A stretch of DNA of 64,000 bases from Octopus sinensis (taxonomy: Eukaryota): contig NC_043000.1 in NCBI RefSeq assembly GCF_006345805.1, positions 48,174,001-48,238,000 of the forward strand, in the 5' to 3' direction. Within the stretch, counting starts at the first letter, position 1. Every line of letters begins with the position of its first letter. The notes below the pieces were generated by a model, which did not search any database, was not told the origin of the DNA, and worked only from the letters and a program-made list of their open reading frames with translations. Both the position numbers and the translations under genes were made by a program. Below, one piece after another: positions 39,784 to 53,227 of this stretch.

Positions 39784-40359
39784 TTTACTAACTCACCACC
39801 AATACCAACGGCAATAACAACTTCTTTTTAGTCATATACTGGTTTCATGTATTTCAATTATCAGAACGTGGGGTACCACTTCCATGTATATCTAGTCAAA
39901 AACTTTCAGCTTCAGTACTTATTTTGAACTTGTATCTATTTTATCAATTCCTGTTTGCTGAATTGTCATGTCATGTGACATAAGAAATACGCAACATAAG
40001 CATGGCACTAGTTAAGCAGTACAAGTATAAGCATAGTCACAAACAGATAGATGTATATCATCATCATCATCATCATCATTCTCAAACATTTGTTTTCCAC
40101 GCTGGCATGGGTTGGAAAGTGCCATGTACAAAAGCATTCAGTACACCTTGTAGAGTGTTTGGTGTTTAGAAGGGCATCCAGCTGTAGAAACCACGCCAAA
40201 ACAGACGACTGGGGTCTGGTGCTTCTGCCCTCCAGCTTGCCACTTCATTTATGTGGGGTGTATTTACCACTTTCATCCACTTCCCAACAACAGTTTTTTT
40301 GGAGGCTCTATAATTTTCTCTAACCAGTGTTTGTAGATTAGTTTTGTCTCTCTGAACAA

Positions 40360-40402
<43 letters not shown>

Positions 40403-40482
40403 ATATATATGTATGTATGTGTATGTATGTATGTATGTATGTATGTATATATATATATATATATACATATACATTATTTATG

Positions 40483-40678
40483 TATTAAGGCTACCATTGA
40501 TGTCATATATGCAAATATCTTAATGATTTTTTTAATCCAATCATCTGGAGAAATTGGTGTTCGTCTTCTCCATTTTGGGGTAAAACAAGTGTTTTAATCC
40601 AAAATGGAGATGAACATGTGATTGAATAAAAAATTGTTGAGATATTTTCATAACATGAAACCAATGGCAGCCTTAATA
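40483..40678. repeat. Fold-back element, ~90-bp arms
   Basis: TATTAAGGCTACCATTG...TCTCCATTTTGG pairs with CCAAAATGGAGA...CAATGGCAGCCTTAATA. A homologous single arm lies at about 34958-35050. Confidence 0.8.
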
Positions 40679-40747
40679 TGCAAATAAAATCTTTATCTGC
40701 CAATGCCGTGTTGTGCATTCATTCTCATTGTTCGACATTTGTGTATA

Positions 40748-40796
<49 letters not shown>

Positions 40797-41159
40797 CATA
40801 CATACGCATGCATATATATTAGTATGGCACATCCATTGTTTGATCTTAGGTTATTATCAATTGCTGTTGATAATATTCTAAGTCTGAAATGGTCATTCTG
40901 CAAGTTTTTAAGTATAGAAACATAAAACTCTTTCCTTGTGTCATATATTGTGCTCTATATTTGAAAATGGGCTTCTTTGATTGAACTTATTTCAGGCATA
41001 GTTGTGTGGTAAGAAGTTTAGGTCCTAACCACATGGTCTCAGGTTCGGTCCCATTGTCTTGCACATTCGGCAATTGCCTTCTACTAAAACTATGGGCTGA
41101 CCAAACCTTATGCATGGATTTAGAAGACAGAAGCTAACGAACCTCAACATATACATATA

Positions 41160-41452
41160 TAAACTGGCACTTGGTCAGTTGATCTGACCAAGAGAACAGC
41201 CTGCTCATGAAATTCATGTGTAAGTGACTGAGCAGTCCACTTAACTTAGTTCTCAGGGAGATTCAGTGTGACACAGATGTGACAAGCCTGGCCTTTTTAA
41301 ATACAGGTACTGCTCATTTTTTCCAGCTGAGTGGACTGCAGCAATGTGAAGTGAAATGTCCTGCTCAAGAACACAATGTGCTAACTGGAATCAAACTCAC
41401 ACCCATGCAATCATGAGTCGAATACCCAAACCACTAAGCCACATTCCTTCAC
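41160..41452 (-). mobile_element. SINE family D
   Basis: Reverse complement gives GTGGCTTAGTGGTTTGGG...GTGTTCTTGAGCAGGACATTTCACTTCAC...CACTCAGCTGG. Confidence 0.7.
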
Positions 41453-41881
41453 AAACATAAAGATGTATGTGTATATGTGTATGTGTGTGTGTGTATGTAT
41501 GTATATGTGTGTGCATGTGCTAGTGTTTCCTTCTCTTGAATGTTACTTTCCTTTGTTTCCAATCTTATTTCTTTATTGCCCACAAGGGGCTACACACAGA
41601 GGGGACAAACAAGGACAGACAAATGGATTAAGTCAATTAATTCACCCCCAGTGCGTAACTGGTACTTTTGGCTGTAGAAAACTTGCCTTGCCAAATTTCC
41701 ATGAAAAACTGAGCATGGAACAGTGATGGTGAGATAATGATGTTCCTCTGACCCATCTAAGAACATAGCACTGATTCATCCATCCCATGCCAGTATGGAA
41801 AGTAGATGTAAAGGGGTGGAAGTGGTGGTGGTGGCAGTGGTGGTGATGACGTCCATAGCACTAGATGAATACCTATTAGAT

Positions 41882-42310
41882 CAGTGGTTCTCAACGAAGG
41901 TCTACATAAGATTTTCGGAGCCCACTCAAACAAAATAGTAAACTGGAGATGCATGGTAGTATATTAAGGGTCCATGAAAAAGTTTGGTTTTGAATGTATT
42001 TATTGGAAGAAACAGCCATTTTTTTTTGTCTAGTTCTTTGCGTAGTTCAGCCTACGGGAATGTACAAGGGAATGTACAATAAACAAAAATAGGAATTTTG
42101 AAAGTAGTCATCATCATCATCATTCAATGTCTGCGTTCCATGCTAGCATGGGTGGGACAGTACCACAAGAACTGGCCAGGCTGAAGCCTGCACCAAACTT
42201 CTGTGACTGTTATGGCAGGATTCTTACAGCTGGATGCCCTTCTGAGCACCAACCACTTTACAGTGTTATCTTTTAAATTAGTATTTTTTAAAGAATTGAG
42301 ACGCTATGGG
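41882..42310. mobile_element. Possible hAT-type MITE with a nested family C copy (42108-42265)
   Basis: Begins CAGTGGTTCTCAAC, a typical hAT/Charlie-type terminus; the other end is degenerate. Confidence 0.4.
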
Positions 42311-43094
42311 GGTCCTTAAGAGCAAAATAGTAATCAAAGAGACCCATAAGTAAAAAAAAAAGTGATAAAAAAAACCCATTATATTACAATGTCCAGAGTT
42401 TCCTTTGATAAATTTACATGACAGCAAAAACTTCAGTGCTATTACATCTAGGCAATAAATTAAAGAACACACCTCACTATGGAACATTGGACACTTCACT
42501 TATGCTACTAAGGCCCTTAGGGATGGTATGATTGCTACTATTTTCATTTTGAAGTTCCTAAATATCTTGCATTTCATGGCTACTTTTTTAAAAAGAAAAA
42601 ATGGATAAAAACCAAAACCATTTTATTCTGTGGAACACAATGACAAAATCATAACAAAGATTTTTCCTTCCTCTTTTTTTTCCTTTTACTATTTTTCTGA
42701 ATGGATATATTCATTTTTGTGAAGTTGCTTTTATACCAGTTATCAGATCCTTTGAATTTAATATCCGCTTATAAATATCTGTAACGCTACCATTATAATC
42801 TTTTTTTTTGTTTTTTTTTTTGCTTTTCTTTTTTTTTTATATATTTTTTTAGTAAAGATTGTGAATACAAAAGACATGATATTTCAGATATTATTTTGTA
42901 TTCAACTTAATATAACCAGATTAAAAGAGAATTCTTATGATTACTGATGCACTCATACTACGTTGAAAGAGATTTGAAGTCAAATGATTACAGTTGGAGA
43001 GATAAGACAGGAGTTTCAAATACAAATTCCACTATTTTGCCAAATAATGATGGATTATTTTTGTATTTATTTTAGTTGAAATATTATTATTAAA

Positions 43095-43650
43095 GTGGCA
43101 AGCTGGCGGAATCCTTAGCAAGTTGGGCAAAATGCTTAGCAGCATTTTGTCCGTCTAGGTTGAATTTGCCTTTCATCCTCTCAGGGTTAATAAAATAATT
43201 ACCAGTTGACCACTGGAGTCAACATAATTAATGTAACCCCTCCCTTGAAGTTGCTGGCCTCGAGCCAGGCAGAATCATTCTTACATTCTGAGTTCAAATT
43301 TAGCATCTGGACAATTAACCAGAATAAATTGATCGCTTTGAATACTTAAGTCCTAAAGAATGGTGATGTCTTTATTTATCTACTACTTTGACAATCTTAT
43401 CTTCCCCACCAAGTTCTTTATTATTGTTGTTGTTGTTGAAAAGGCGGCATGCTGGCAGAATTGTTAGCATGACAGGCAAAATGCTTTGCGGCATTTCGTC
43501 TATCTTTACATTCTGAGTTCAAATTCCACTGAAATCAACTCTACCTTTCATCCTTTCGGGGTTGATAAATTAAGTACCAGTAAAACACTGGATCATGTAA
43601 TCAATTTACCCCCGCCAATCAAATTTCAGGCCTTGTACTCTTGTACAAAG
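43095..43650 (+). mobile_element. Two family B SINE copies
   Basis: GCTGGC.GAA..TTAGCA...GCAAAATGCTT...CCTTTCATCC.TTC.GGG.T.ATAA at about 43095-43300 and 43442-43650. Confidence 0.75.
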
Positions 43651-43724
43651 GATTATTGTTGTTGTTGATGATGAGGATGTTGTTGTTGCTGTTATTGTTA
43701 TTTCAGTCTATGTTTCTGTAGTAT

Positions 43725-44135
43725 ACTCTTTTCTCTTTTACTTGTTTCAGTCATGTGACTGTGGCCATACTGGAGCACCACCTTTAGTCGAACAAATCGA
43801 CCCCAGGACTTATTCTTTGTAAGCCTAATACTTATTCTATTGGTCTCCTTTGCTGAACCACTAAGTTACAGGGACGTAAACACACCAGCATCGGTTGTCA
43901 AGCGATGTTGGGGGGACAAGCACACTGACACACAAACATATACACACACATATATATATGTATATACATATATACGTTGGGCTTCTTTCAGTTTCCATCT
44001 ACCAAATCCACTCACAAGGCTTTGGTCAGCCCGAGGCTATAGTAGAAGATACTTGCCCAATGTGCCATGCAGTGGGACTGAACCCGGAACCATGTGGTTG
44101 CTAAGCAAGCTACTTACCACACAGCCACTCCTAAG
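43725..44135 (-). mobile_element. SINE family A, full length
   Basis: Reverse complement of family A. Confidence 0.9.
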
Positions 44136-44415
44136 CCTACAAGTTACAAGTATGCCAGTAAACATTCAATTTCTTAAATTTTGCAACAAAAATGTGTCTT
44201 CTAAAGACCAGAAGCTAAGTTTGTATCAAACATTGAAAAAAAGAAAAAAAAACATACACAAAAAGTATTCCATGTAAAAATATTGCTTCCAACCATACTG
44301 CCAACAAATGAATAAAAATGTTTGAGAACTCAGTAAGGATAACTTTCCAGATGTATTCCTCTTTCTAGTCTTCTTTCCATTGTATGATATACAATGAAAA
44401 CAGCTTGAATCGATT

Positions 44416-44722
44416 GTTTCGAAAGAGCTGTTCTTCACTCCTGCTCCAGAGTGTCGGCTGCAGGGTCACTCCGATAAGCTCTATCTGCAACGATTTCGTC
44501 TCAATCAAAGGAGATGGGCTTTCTCCGTCCAGGTTGCGGATCCGTGGAATAAGCTGCCAGACGAGATGGTGAAGATGCCGACGACCGCTCGGTTCAAAGT
44601 CTCCCTTGACCACAATTGGCCTGAACTCTTTACATGAACACCACCCTGTACATAACTCCATGTCCCCCTACATGGCCTTGCTTTTTGCTTTTTGAGCCAA
44701 AAATTAACTAACTAACTAACTA
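44416..44722 (+). mobile_element. CR1-group LINE 3' end (not in the ORF track)
   Basis: Frame 44416-44637 reads VSKELFFTPAPECRLQGHSDKLYLQRFRLNQRRWAFSVQVADPWNKLPDEMVKMPTTARFKVSLDHNWPELFT*, the CR1 C-terminal signature. Ends in a (TAAC)n tail. Confidence 0.85.
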
Positions 44723-45392
44723 AGTGTGATGCAGTTTACAGAAAACTTACTAATTGGAAAATGAATTGTTAATTCTGAGTAACAAAGCTGTATAAACAGA
44801 AATTATCAGAAAGAGAATGAATAGAACATCATTAAAACGATTTCAAACTTAAAATCTCTGAGCTGAGTACTTTTCAAATTGTGTCTGCTTTGTATAAATA
44901 AAGATTCACATGAAGTCATCGTCATCATCAACATCATCACATTGATCAGATGAAATTCGTTGAAGACGATTTTCTTCAGCCTGATACCCTTCCAGTTACC
45001 AGCTTTCCCCTCCATCAATGTAAGGTATTATTTCCTCATGGGTGGTCATATTTTCGCAGAATACTGGAAACTAAGGAGACAGCTAATATGAAAGTATCAT
45101 ACCTTTACAATTATCATGCAATGTCAAGACAAGGGGACAAACACACATTCGTGTACACATCCATTCATTCATATATGCATCATATATGCATACATTGTGT
45201 GTGTGTGTGCGTGTGCGTGCGCGCGTGTGTGTACAGTGGGATTCTTTTTGTTTCCATGTCAATCTTTGGTTGACCTGAGGCTATAGGTGAAGATATTTGC
45301 CCAAGATACCTCACATCACAGTGTTGGGAAGTGAACTTCTTATCCACACAGCTGTGTCTACATTTGTTCTATTGCTGTCATATTTCAATATA

Positions 45393-46778
45393 TCATCATC
45401 ATCATCATCGTCGTTTAACGTCCGTTCTCCATGCTAGCATGGGTTGGACGGTTCGACCGGGGTTCTGGGAAGCCAGAAGGCTGCACCAGGCTCCAGTCTA
45501 ATTTGGCAATGTTTCTACAGCTGGATGCCCTTCCTAATGCCAACCACTCTGTGATGTAGTGGGTGCTTTTTACGTGCCACCTGCACGGTGCCAGGCGGGG
45601 CTGGCAACGGCCACGGTCAGATTGTGTATTTTATTGCCACCGGCACGGAAGCCAGTCGAGGGGGTGCTGGCATCGGCCACGAGTCGGATAGTGCTTTTTA
45701 CGTACCACCAGACCAGGGATCCTGGCTGGTTCAATTCGATTTCGATTTCGCTTGCCCCAACATGTCTTCACAAGCAAGGGGTTGGCATGGGTGCCTGTCG
45801 TACGGTCGCATTGAGTATTTTACGTGCCACGGCCACGAGTCGGATAGTGCTTTTTACGTACCACCAGGCCAGGGATCCTGGCTGGTTCAATTCGGTTTCG
45901 ATTCGATTTCGATTTCGCTTGCCCCAACATGTCTTCGCAAGCATGGGGGGTTGGCATGGGTGTCTGTCGTCGATGAGGTTCTATATCGCTTCGCTTGCCT
46001 CAACCGGTCTTTGTGTCCAAGGAGGAAAGGCATTCATAAGTGGGCTGGGAACTTGTCCTGCCTGCTTCTCACGTACAGAATATTTCCAAGGTCTCGGTCT
46101 TCTGGTCATTCCTCAGTGAGGCCTAAGTTCGAAGGTCGTGCTTCACCACCTCGCCCAGGTTCCTGGGTCTACCTCTTCCACGGGTTCCCTCAACTGCTAG
46201 GATTGGCACTTTCTCACACACCTACTTCATCCATTCTCGCCAATGACCATACCAGCGCAATCGTCTCTCTTGCCACCACAACTGATGCTTCTTAGGTACA
46301 ACATTTCTCTCAAGGTGCTAACGCTCTGTCGAGTATGTACACTGACATTACACATCCATCGAGCATACTGGCTTCATCCTCAGGAGCTTACGCATGTCCT
46401 ACGTCACGGCCATTTTCGCTGCCATGTAGCATGGCTGTTCGTACACACGCATCATACAGTCTGCTTTTACTTGAGCGAGAGGCCTTTAGTCCAGCAGAGG
46501 TAAGAGCTCCCTAAACTTTGCCCAGGCTATTCTTTTCTAGCAGTTACATTTTCAGCGCACCCACCCCCACTACTGACTTGGTCACCTAGATAACGGAAGC
46601 TATCAACTACTTCTAGTTTTTCCCCCTGGAAAGTGACGGAAGTTGTTTTCTGCAGATTTCGGGTTAATGCTCCCGAGCATCTGCCACATACAAAAACTAT
46701 CTTCCCAGTTAGCCTACCTTTGACATTGCTGCCCTCTTATGTGTCCATAGCTTACACTGGGTACATCTTATAGAGTTT
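45393..46778 (-). mobile_element. 5'-truncated RTE-clade LINE (ORF C-terminal half plus 3' UTR)
   Basis: Minus-strand pieces: IRCTQCKLWTHKR..FVCGRCSG, EKLEVVDSFRYLGD, IAWAKFRELLPLL, YDACVRTAMLHGSE, RWMCNVS, ERRLRWYGH, RGRGRPR. The 3' UTR ends in (GAT)n. Confidence 0.9.
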
Positions 46779-46787
46779 ATATATATA

Positions 46788-46825
<38 letters not shown>

Positions 46826-47451
46826 TATGAGTCTTTGAAGTGATATTTAAATGAAAATTTTTCTTCCCTTTCTTCCTTTAGATAAGTTTCACTGAAAATG
46901 TAAATTATTTATGATAACAGACAAAGAAGAGGAACAGAATTAAGGAGTATAAATCAGCAGGATAGATTCTATGATATCAATAAATCTACACAATGTTAAT
47001 GCCAAATCCCTCAAATTTAACAGCTTTTAAAATGGAGACTGAATATTTTTAAGTCATAAATCTTAGAATTAAAATTATAGATTGTCAAAACTAAAAAAAA
47101 ATGTCAGTTAAATCAATGTTATTCGATGATTCATATTATTTACACCAATGTTTGTAATATTTCCTCTATGTTCTATAATGTAGTTTTCCCCTCTTCTTTC
47201 TAACATCAATTTTTCTGATTTCATATTATCATTATGGTTTCCTCTGTTACTTATATTGATTTCTTTTTGGTCATTTGTTCCCAATAGAATCATTATTGTT
47301 TAGATTCAGTTCATCACAGATTGATGAAACCTATGGCACTCTGGCAGACGTATAAGCACTTATATTTAACATCCAGATTAGTTGTTGTATAAGTAATGAA
47401 CATAAAGTTAATCTGGCTCAACCCATAACAATCTGATTTTCTTTTCTAGAA

Positions 47452-47858
47452 TGTTACTCTTAGAATTACTTCATTTTCCCCCTTCGTTGGAATTACAACC
47501 GTGTTTCGTGGTCTGCTACGACAACAGCTCCTTTATAGGGTCCAGTTAGCTCAAGACATCATTAGGAGGAACCAAGTCCAGTTTCGGCCCCTACTCCTCT
47601 ACTGTTTTGACGTGGCGGGTTCCCCCCCCCCTTTCAGAGGTGTCTTCAGCTCTGGTGTTGGGTGCATGTCTTCTTTCTTTCTTCTTTCTTCTGTTCCCTG
47701 GCCTCTTTGGTGTAGTGTCAATGAGTGTCAGCCAGCGACTGACTTGTCAAACTTTTCCCTTTAAATACCTGCTGCTAGGCTCCAGAAGGCAGCCCCAGCA
47801 AGTTGTCTCCATGTTTCTCTTGATGGCTCACTCCCTGGTTTAAGTCAGATGTTATACT
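47452..47858 (-). mobile_element. Possible solo LTR or other GC-richer repeat
   Basis: A GC-richer island starting TGTTAC and ending TGTTATAC on the plus strand, with TATA-like TATTTAAAGG on the minus strand. No TSD seen. Confidence 0.3.
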
Positions 47859-49181
47859 CTTGTTCATTCTCATCACCATCCTTGTCATTATCATCTCTTT
47901 ATGCCCACTTTCCATGCTGGCATGGGTTGGATGAGTTGCCACAGCGACAATCAGGCCCAAATTTCAAGAGTGCTTGCTCGCCTAAACTGATCAGAGAATT
48001 GATCTCATTTGTGAGTTTCATATTTTTGCTTGTTTTCTGTACCTGGATGCCTTTCCTAACACCAACCAACCAATCAACCAACCAAACAACCAACCAACCT
48101 ACCAACTAGCCAACTAACCAACCATCCATTTTAGGACGTGTACTGTGTGTGTGTGTGTGTGTGTGTGTGTTTGTGTTTTGTGACATCAGCACTATGGAGG
48201 TACTTGTATGTATCCATGACATGACTAAAGGGACTTCTTGTCCTTATGTCTCTGCTTGCCTGTTATTCTCTTTATACAATGAGAGGCATCTCTTTATTCT
48301 ATTCATTATTGTATGTGTACTGTAGTTTACTTAACAAACAATACAATACACAATACACTGAGGAAGGTACTAGGACTTCTTAAACAACAGCTATTTGGAA
48401 ACTAATCTTTTTATATCTTATATGAAATAGCAAACAAGTGATTGTCTAAAATTTAGAAATTCACATTGTTATAATGAGTCTTTATATAGCCATTATTTTC
48501 ATATACTTTCAGTCCCATATTAAAAACTTCAAACTAAATATATTTACTATACTGTATATATTGGTGGTGATGTATATGTTGTTTAATTTTTTTTCTATGT
48601 GTTTTTTTCTTTTATTTTAAATTCTGATTCTCTTGTTGTCTCAAGGGTGAGAATTATAATGTAAATATCAAAGAAAGAAATAAGCGATCCCATTATTAAT
48701 ACCAAGAAAATATTCAGAAAATATTTGAAAAAAAAAAATGTCAATTAAAAATCCATTTACACTAAAAAAAAAAAACAGGGTTTGTAGATATTTTGTGCTC
48801 TGTAACAAACAATGAAGCTCATGTAAATAAATTTTATAAAAATATAGAACTGCTTCAAGAGAAATTAAGTCTGGAATAATTTTTGTATATTTTAACTTTT
48901 TATTTTTATTGTTATTCAGTGAAATTTGAAACAATATTTGGTATAGCAAAATAATAGATATGAAGTTAAATGAAAATAATTTACTAAGAAGATTTAAAAA
49001 TATACAGGATATAAAATAGAAAATGTAAGCTTATAATGAAAACAAGAGGCAAGATATTTACATAAAAAATATAAAATTTTAAAGCAAATACTATAAATAA
49101 CTAATTTGCAGACATAAATAACAAAAACGTGCAAACAATACTGCATTAAAAACGGTTATGGCAAAATCAATATGTTTAAAC

Positions 49182-49222
<41 letters not shown>

Positions 49223-49522
49223 TAATAATAATGAAAAGAAAGAAAAATAAAACAGAACAAAAAATGATAATACAATAAAAAAAGGTATTTAGTGAGATAT
49301 TGAGTTTAGCAAAATCCAGTATGCGCATTTAATAAACGTACACATAGACACACATACACACACACATATATTTATATATGTAATAAATTTCAAGTTGATT
49401 AAGTTCCAATATGAGGTATATTTATTATTTTCAAACTTTCTACAGTATTTGCGGTAATATTTTTTACTCTTATTTTATACTAAGAGTCAAAGAATAACTC
49501 TTTTGATTTAGAACAATGGATA

Positions 49523-49569
<47 letters not shown>

Positions 49570-50196
49570 TACAAGTGTTATACCTTTCTATGTGTTTCTT
49601 ATTTCATTTTATTTTCTTGACCAGAATAAAAATAATAAGAATAATAATTATGAAAATAATAATAATGAATGATTTTCCATGAATTACAATTACAACTGAC
49701 AAATTTGGATCCTGCTACAGAAAATGATGTTTCCATTTTTTTTTCTTTCAATGAATTTATTATTATTGTTATTATCTCTTCTTGGATTTATATTGATTTC
49801 TTACACAGTTGCTTGTTTCTGGCAGTGTTTATGTTGTGTAGACCTAGATGAGCTCAAATCAAGCAGTGAGTTGGTAAAACAATTAGGAATGACCTGCAGA
49901 TCTTTTGTTCTAGCAGTGTGAAATTTATATCATTTGATCAGCATTCAAACTTTGACCTCTTGGTCTTCTTTTCTAGCATATTATTTGTAATGTACAGGAC
50001 CACATTATCGGAGATATTAAAGAATTTTAAGATGATTGGGAGGTAATCACTGAAAGAAATGTGGCTACTAATTCTAACAGGTCCAGACACTACATAGAAC
50101 ATCTTTCATAGGAGTCTTCTCAATATTATATATGGTCATCTGTATTTTTATTTCAACCACTTAAATCTATTTTGCACATCCTGAAATTTTCTATTT

Positions 50197-50372
50197 ATCA
50201 TCATCATCATCATTTAACGTCCGTTTTCCATGCTAGCATGGGTTAGATGGTTCGACCAGGGTCTGGGAAGCCAGGAGGCTGCACCAGGCTCCAGTCTGAT
50301 CTGGCCGTGTTTCTACAGCTGGATGCCCTACCTAAAGCCAACCACTCCGTGAGTGTAGTGGGTGCTTTTACA
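50197..50372 (-). mobile_element. RTE 3' end repeat (family C)
   Basis: Matches 45393-45575. Confidence 0.85.
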
Positions 50373-51672
50373 AGCCTTTTAACGTGCTTATGCAGATGTT
50401 ATTTCATAGAAGTTGGCAGAGTCCTTATAACATAGGATAAAGTCATCATCATCATCCCTTTACATCTATTTTCCATGCTGACATGGGATGGATTAGTCAT
50501 TGCTATGTTCTTAGGTGTGTCAGAGGCTCTTGTCTCAGATGTAAATTTAATTTTTGTCTTGGTTTCTATGTGTGGTTACCCTCCCAATCATCAACAGCTT
50601 TATAGACATACAAGGTGCACTTATTCATGGCGCCAGCTCAATGGAACTTATCATATCTTCAACAAGACTAGCAAAACCTCTCCGCTACATATTTAATAGA
50701 ATGTATTGGTGCATTCTATCAAGGTTCCAGCTCTATGGAGGATGGTGATGAGAGTATGAGAGATAACATTAAGTGAAATGCCAGTGGAATTTGTTGTGGT
50801 TCATTGCACTCAAAATTCAAGTTCTGCCAAGGTCAGCTATAACTTCCATCCTTTTGGGTGGAAAAGGGGTCAATAAAATAAAGTGCTAGTTATAAACCAT
50901 GGATTGGTGGAATGTTAGGATGCTGACAGAATGTTTTGTGATATCTGTTCTTATTCATTGCATTCTGATGGCAAGTGCTGCAAGAACACTGATGTCATCC
51001 TGCATAAGACTTGCTTTTTCTTTGGGCAACACCTGTGGCATCAAACTTTGCCAAATCTTTGAATAAAAGATATACTGATGATGGCTAGTATGCTTTCGAT
51101 CATATGTTTACTAAATCACATATGACCCAGGGCTAAACAGCAACAACCAGTGAACAGACTATACTATTATGACATGGCTCTAACAAAGATATTCTGTTTT
51201 CACTGGATCATTCCACTGAGATGTAAAAGACTATTCCATATCATTTACCAAACATAAAACTAACACTAAGCTGATAGTGATTGTTAGATTTAATACTACC
51301 AGTACAATGCCAGAACCAAGAATCATAAATTGCAAAAACCTCATGTTACACTATAGTACATTTGACTCAGTTTTATGATCAAAACCAGCAATAATATATG
51401 CAAAAGTTTATTCTAAGTGCCCCTTTAATTTACAATTATGACAGATAATCTGTATTATATATAATCTTAGTCATCTAAAAACAGCATATATTTTAGAGAC
51501 TGGAGATTTTTATTATCATATTTTATTCCTATATCATCTTATCAAATATATTCTAACAAAATTATTTTCATTTTCATTTCATGTTATACCATATAAATCA
51601 CATAAACTTCGAAATATGTCATAGTATATGCATGTATACATTATACGTATGTACATACATCACATACATCAT

Positions 51673-51724
<52 letters not shown>

Positions 51725-51863
51725 GTATGGAAGAAGAGTGAAAAAGTTTCTGATAATCAACTAACTAGTATGAATCAATCCAAATTCAGGCCTTTGATAT
51801 CTATTTCCATGCTTAGAATTTCATATTCATCTTAAATATCATCATCATCATTTAATGATATTT

Positions 51864-51897
<34 letters not shown>

Positions 51898-53227
51898 TAC
51901 ACACCTAAATACAGATATATATGAATGTATGTGCATATATGTATGCGTGTGTGTATATGTATATGTGTGTGTGTGTGTGTGTGTGCATAATATTATATTA
52001 TATTTATGGTATTCTTCAGAAATAGATTTATTTCATATAAATAGTTGTATAGTGGAGCAAGACAAAAAGAAGAATTATGACAATCTATTCATCTTTTATT
52101 GTGGCTGTTCTTTTTTTGCTTTGCTTTTTGTTTTGAAATTTTTTTCTTGAAACATTATGCTTAATAATAAAAAAAAAACAAAGATAAAAGAAGCAAACAC
52201 ATAAAAGCAATTGGTTACCAGAAAACAATTTATAGACAGCTACTTATTTCAATCGAAGATTCTACATCAAATACTTTTTTGCATTTCTTATGACTAATTA
52301 AATTCATCAAAATATTGAGTCATCTTGATGTGTTCTTGAAATTTATGTAAGTTCTTGTTTCTGTGTGTTGCTTTTATTCATGTTATTTAAGTTGAAAGTA
52401 AATAAAATTGAGTTCAATAAAGTTGTAAATGTACTTAATTTATAAAAAATAAAAAACTGTTTCTATGTTTGTTTAACTGAAATAGAACCATTGATCTGAA
52501 AACAGTTGCAAAATGAATTTATGCGAAATAAGGTTAAATTTACTTTTGATATCTGATTCAAAAATAACTGAAAATTATTGTAAACAATCGAATGTGCGAT
52601 TGACATCCTACAAAATCAACAAGCGCTGAACACTTACACACAACAAGACAACGCTGTATATGTACTGCTATAGAGTCACTTAGGTTGATAGAAATAACCA
52701 CCAACATGCTCTTAATTTACATCCTACCATTTTAAAAGAACAAAGGACAAATTCAATAGTAGTTCTAGATACCACTAAAAGATGGGATGGATGTAGCAAG
52801 GATTTATTGCTCACCTGTCTGTGTTGTTCTTAGGCTATTTAGCAATAGAATAACATACCAAAATAACTATAGTATATCGAACTACCCTAGATTCAAACTC
52901 TTTGTCGAGCAGCAGTGCTAAACTCATTGTGTATAGCAAGGACTCAATCAATTTTTTTGCATAAGAATAGTATTTATGTTCTTAATGCCTGTCATAGTCA
53001 CCACAGAGTATTTTGTCATTCAAGAGAAGAAAGTAATTAGGAAGGTGTCTTCTCTCTAAGATATGCATTCCATTATAGGACTTAAATTATTCTCTGAGTT
53101 GTCAGAATTTATTAGACATGTTGCTTTATATTCTAAGAAAGTTGTCCCTGAACTGTTTTCAACTTATACTTAAATTACCTACAATGCATTTAGTTTATCT
53201 TGAAAAGAGAGAAAAACAATAATAATA

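Noticed and set aside
45559-46503. Long plus-strand ORFs (186, 235 and 86 aa)
   Set aside because: They are antisense to the RTE ORF and its GC-rich 3' UTR.
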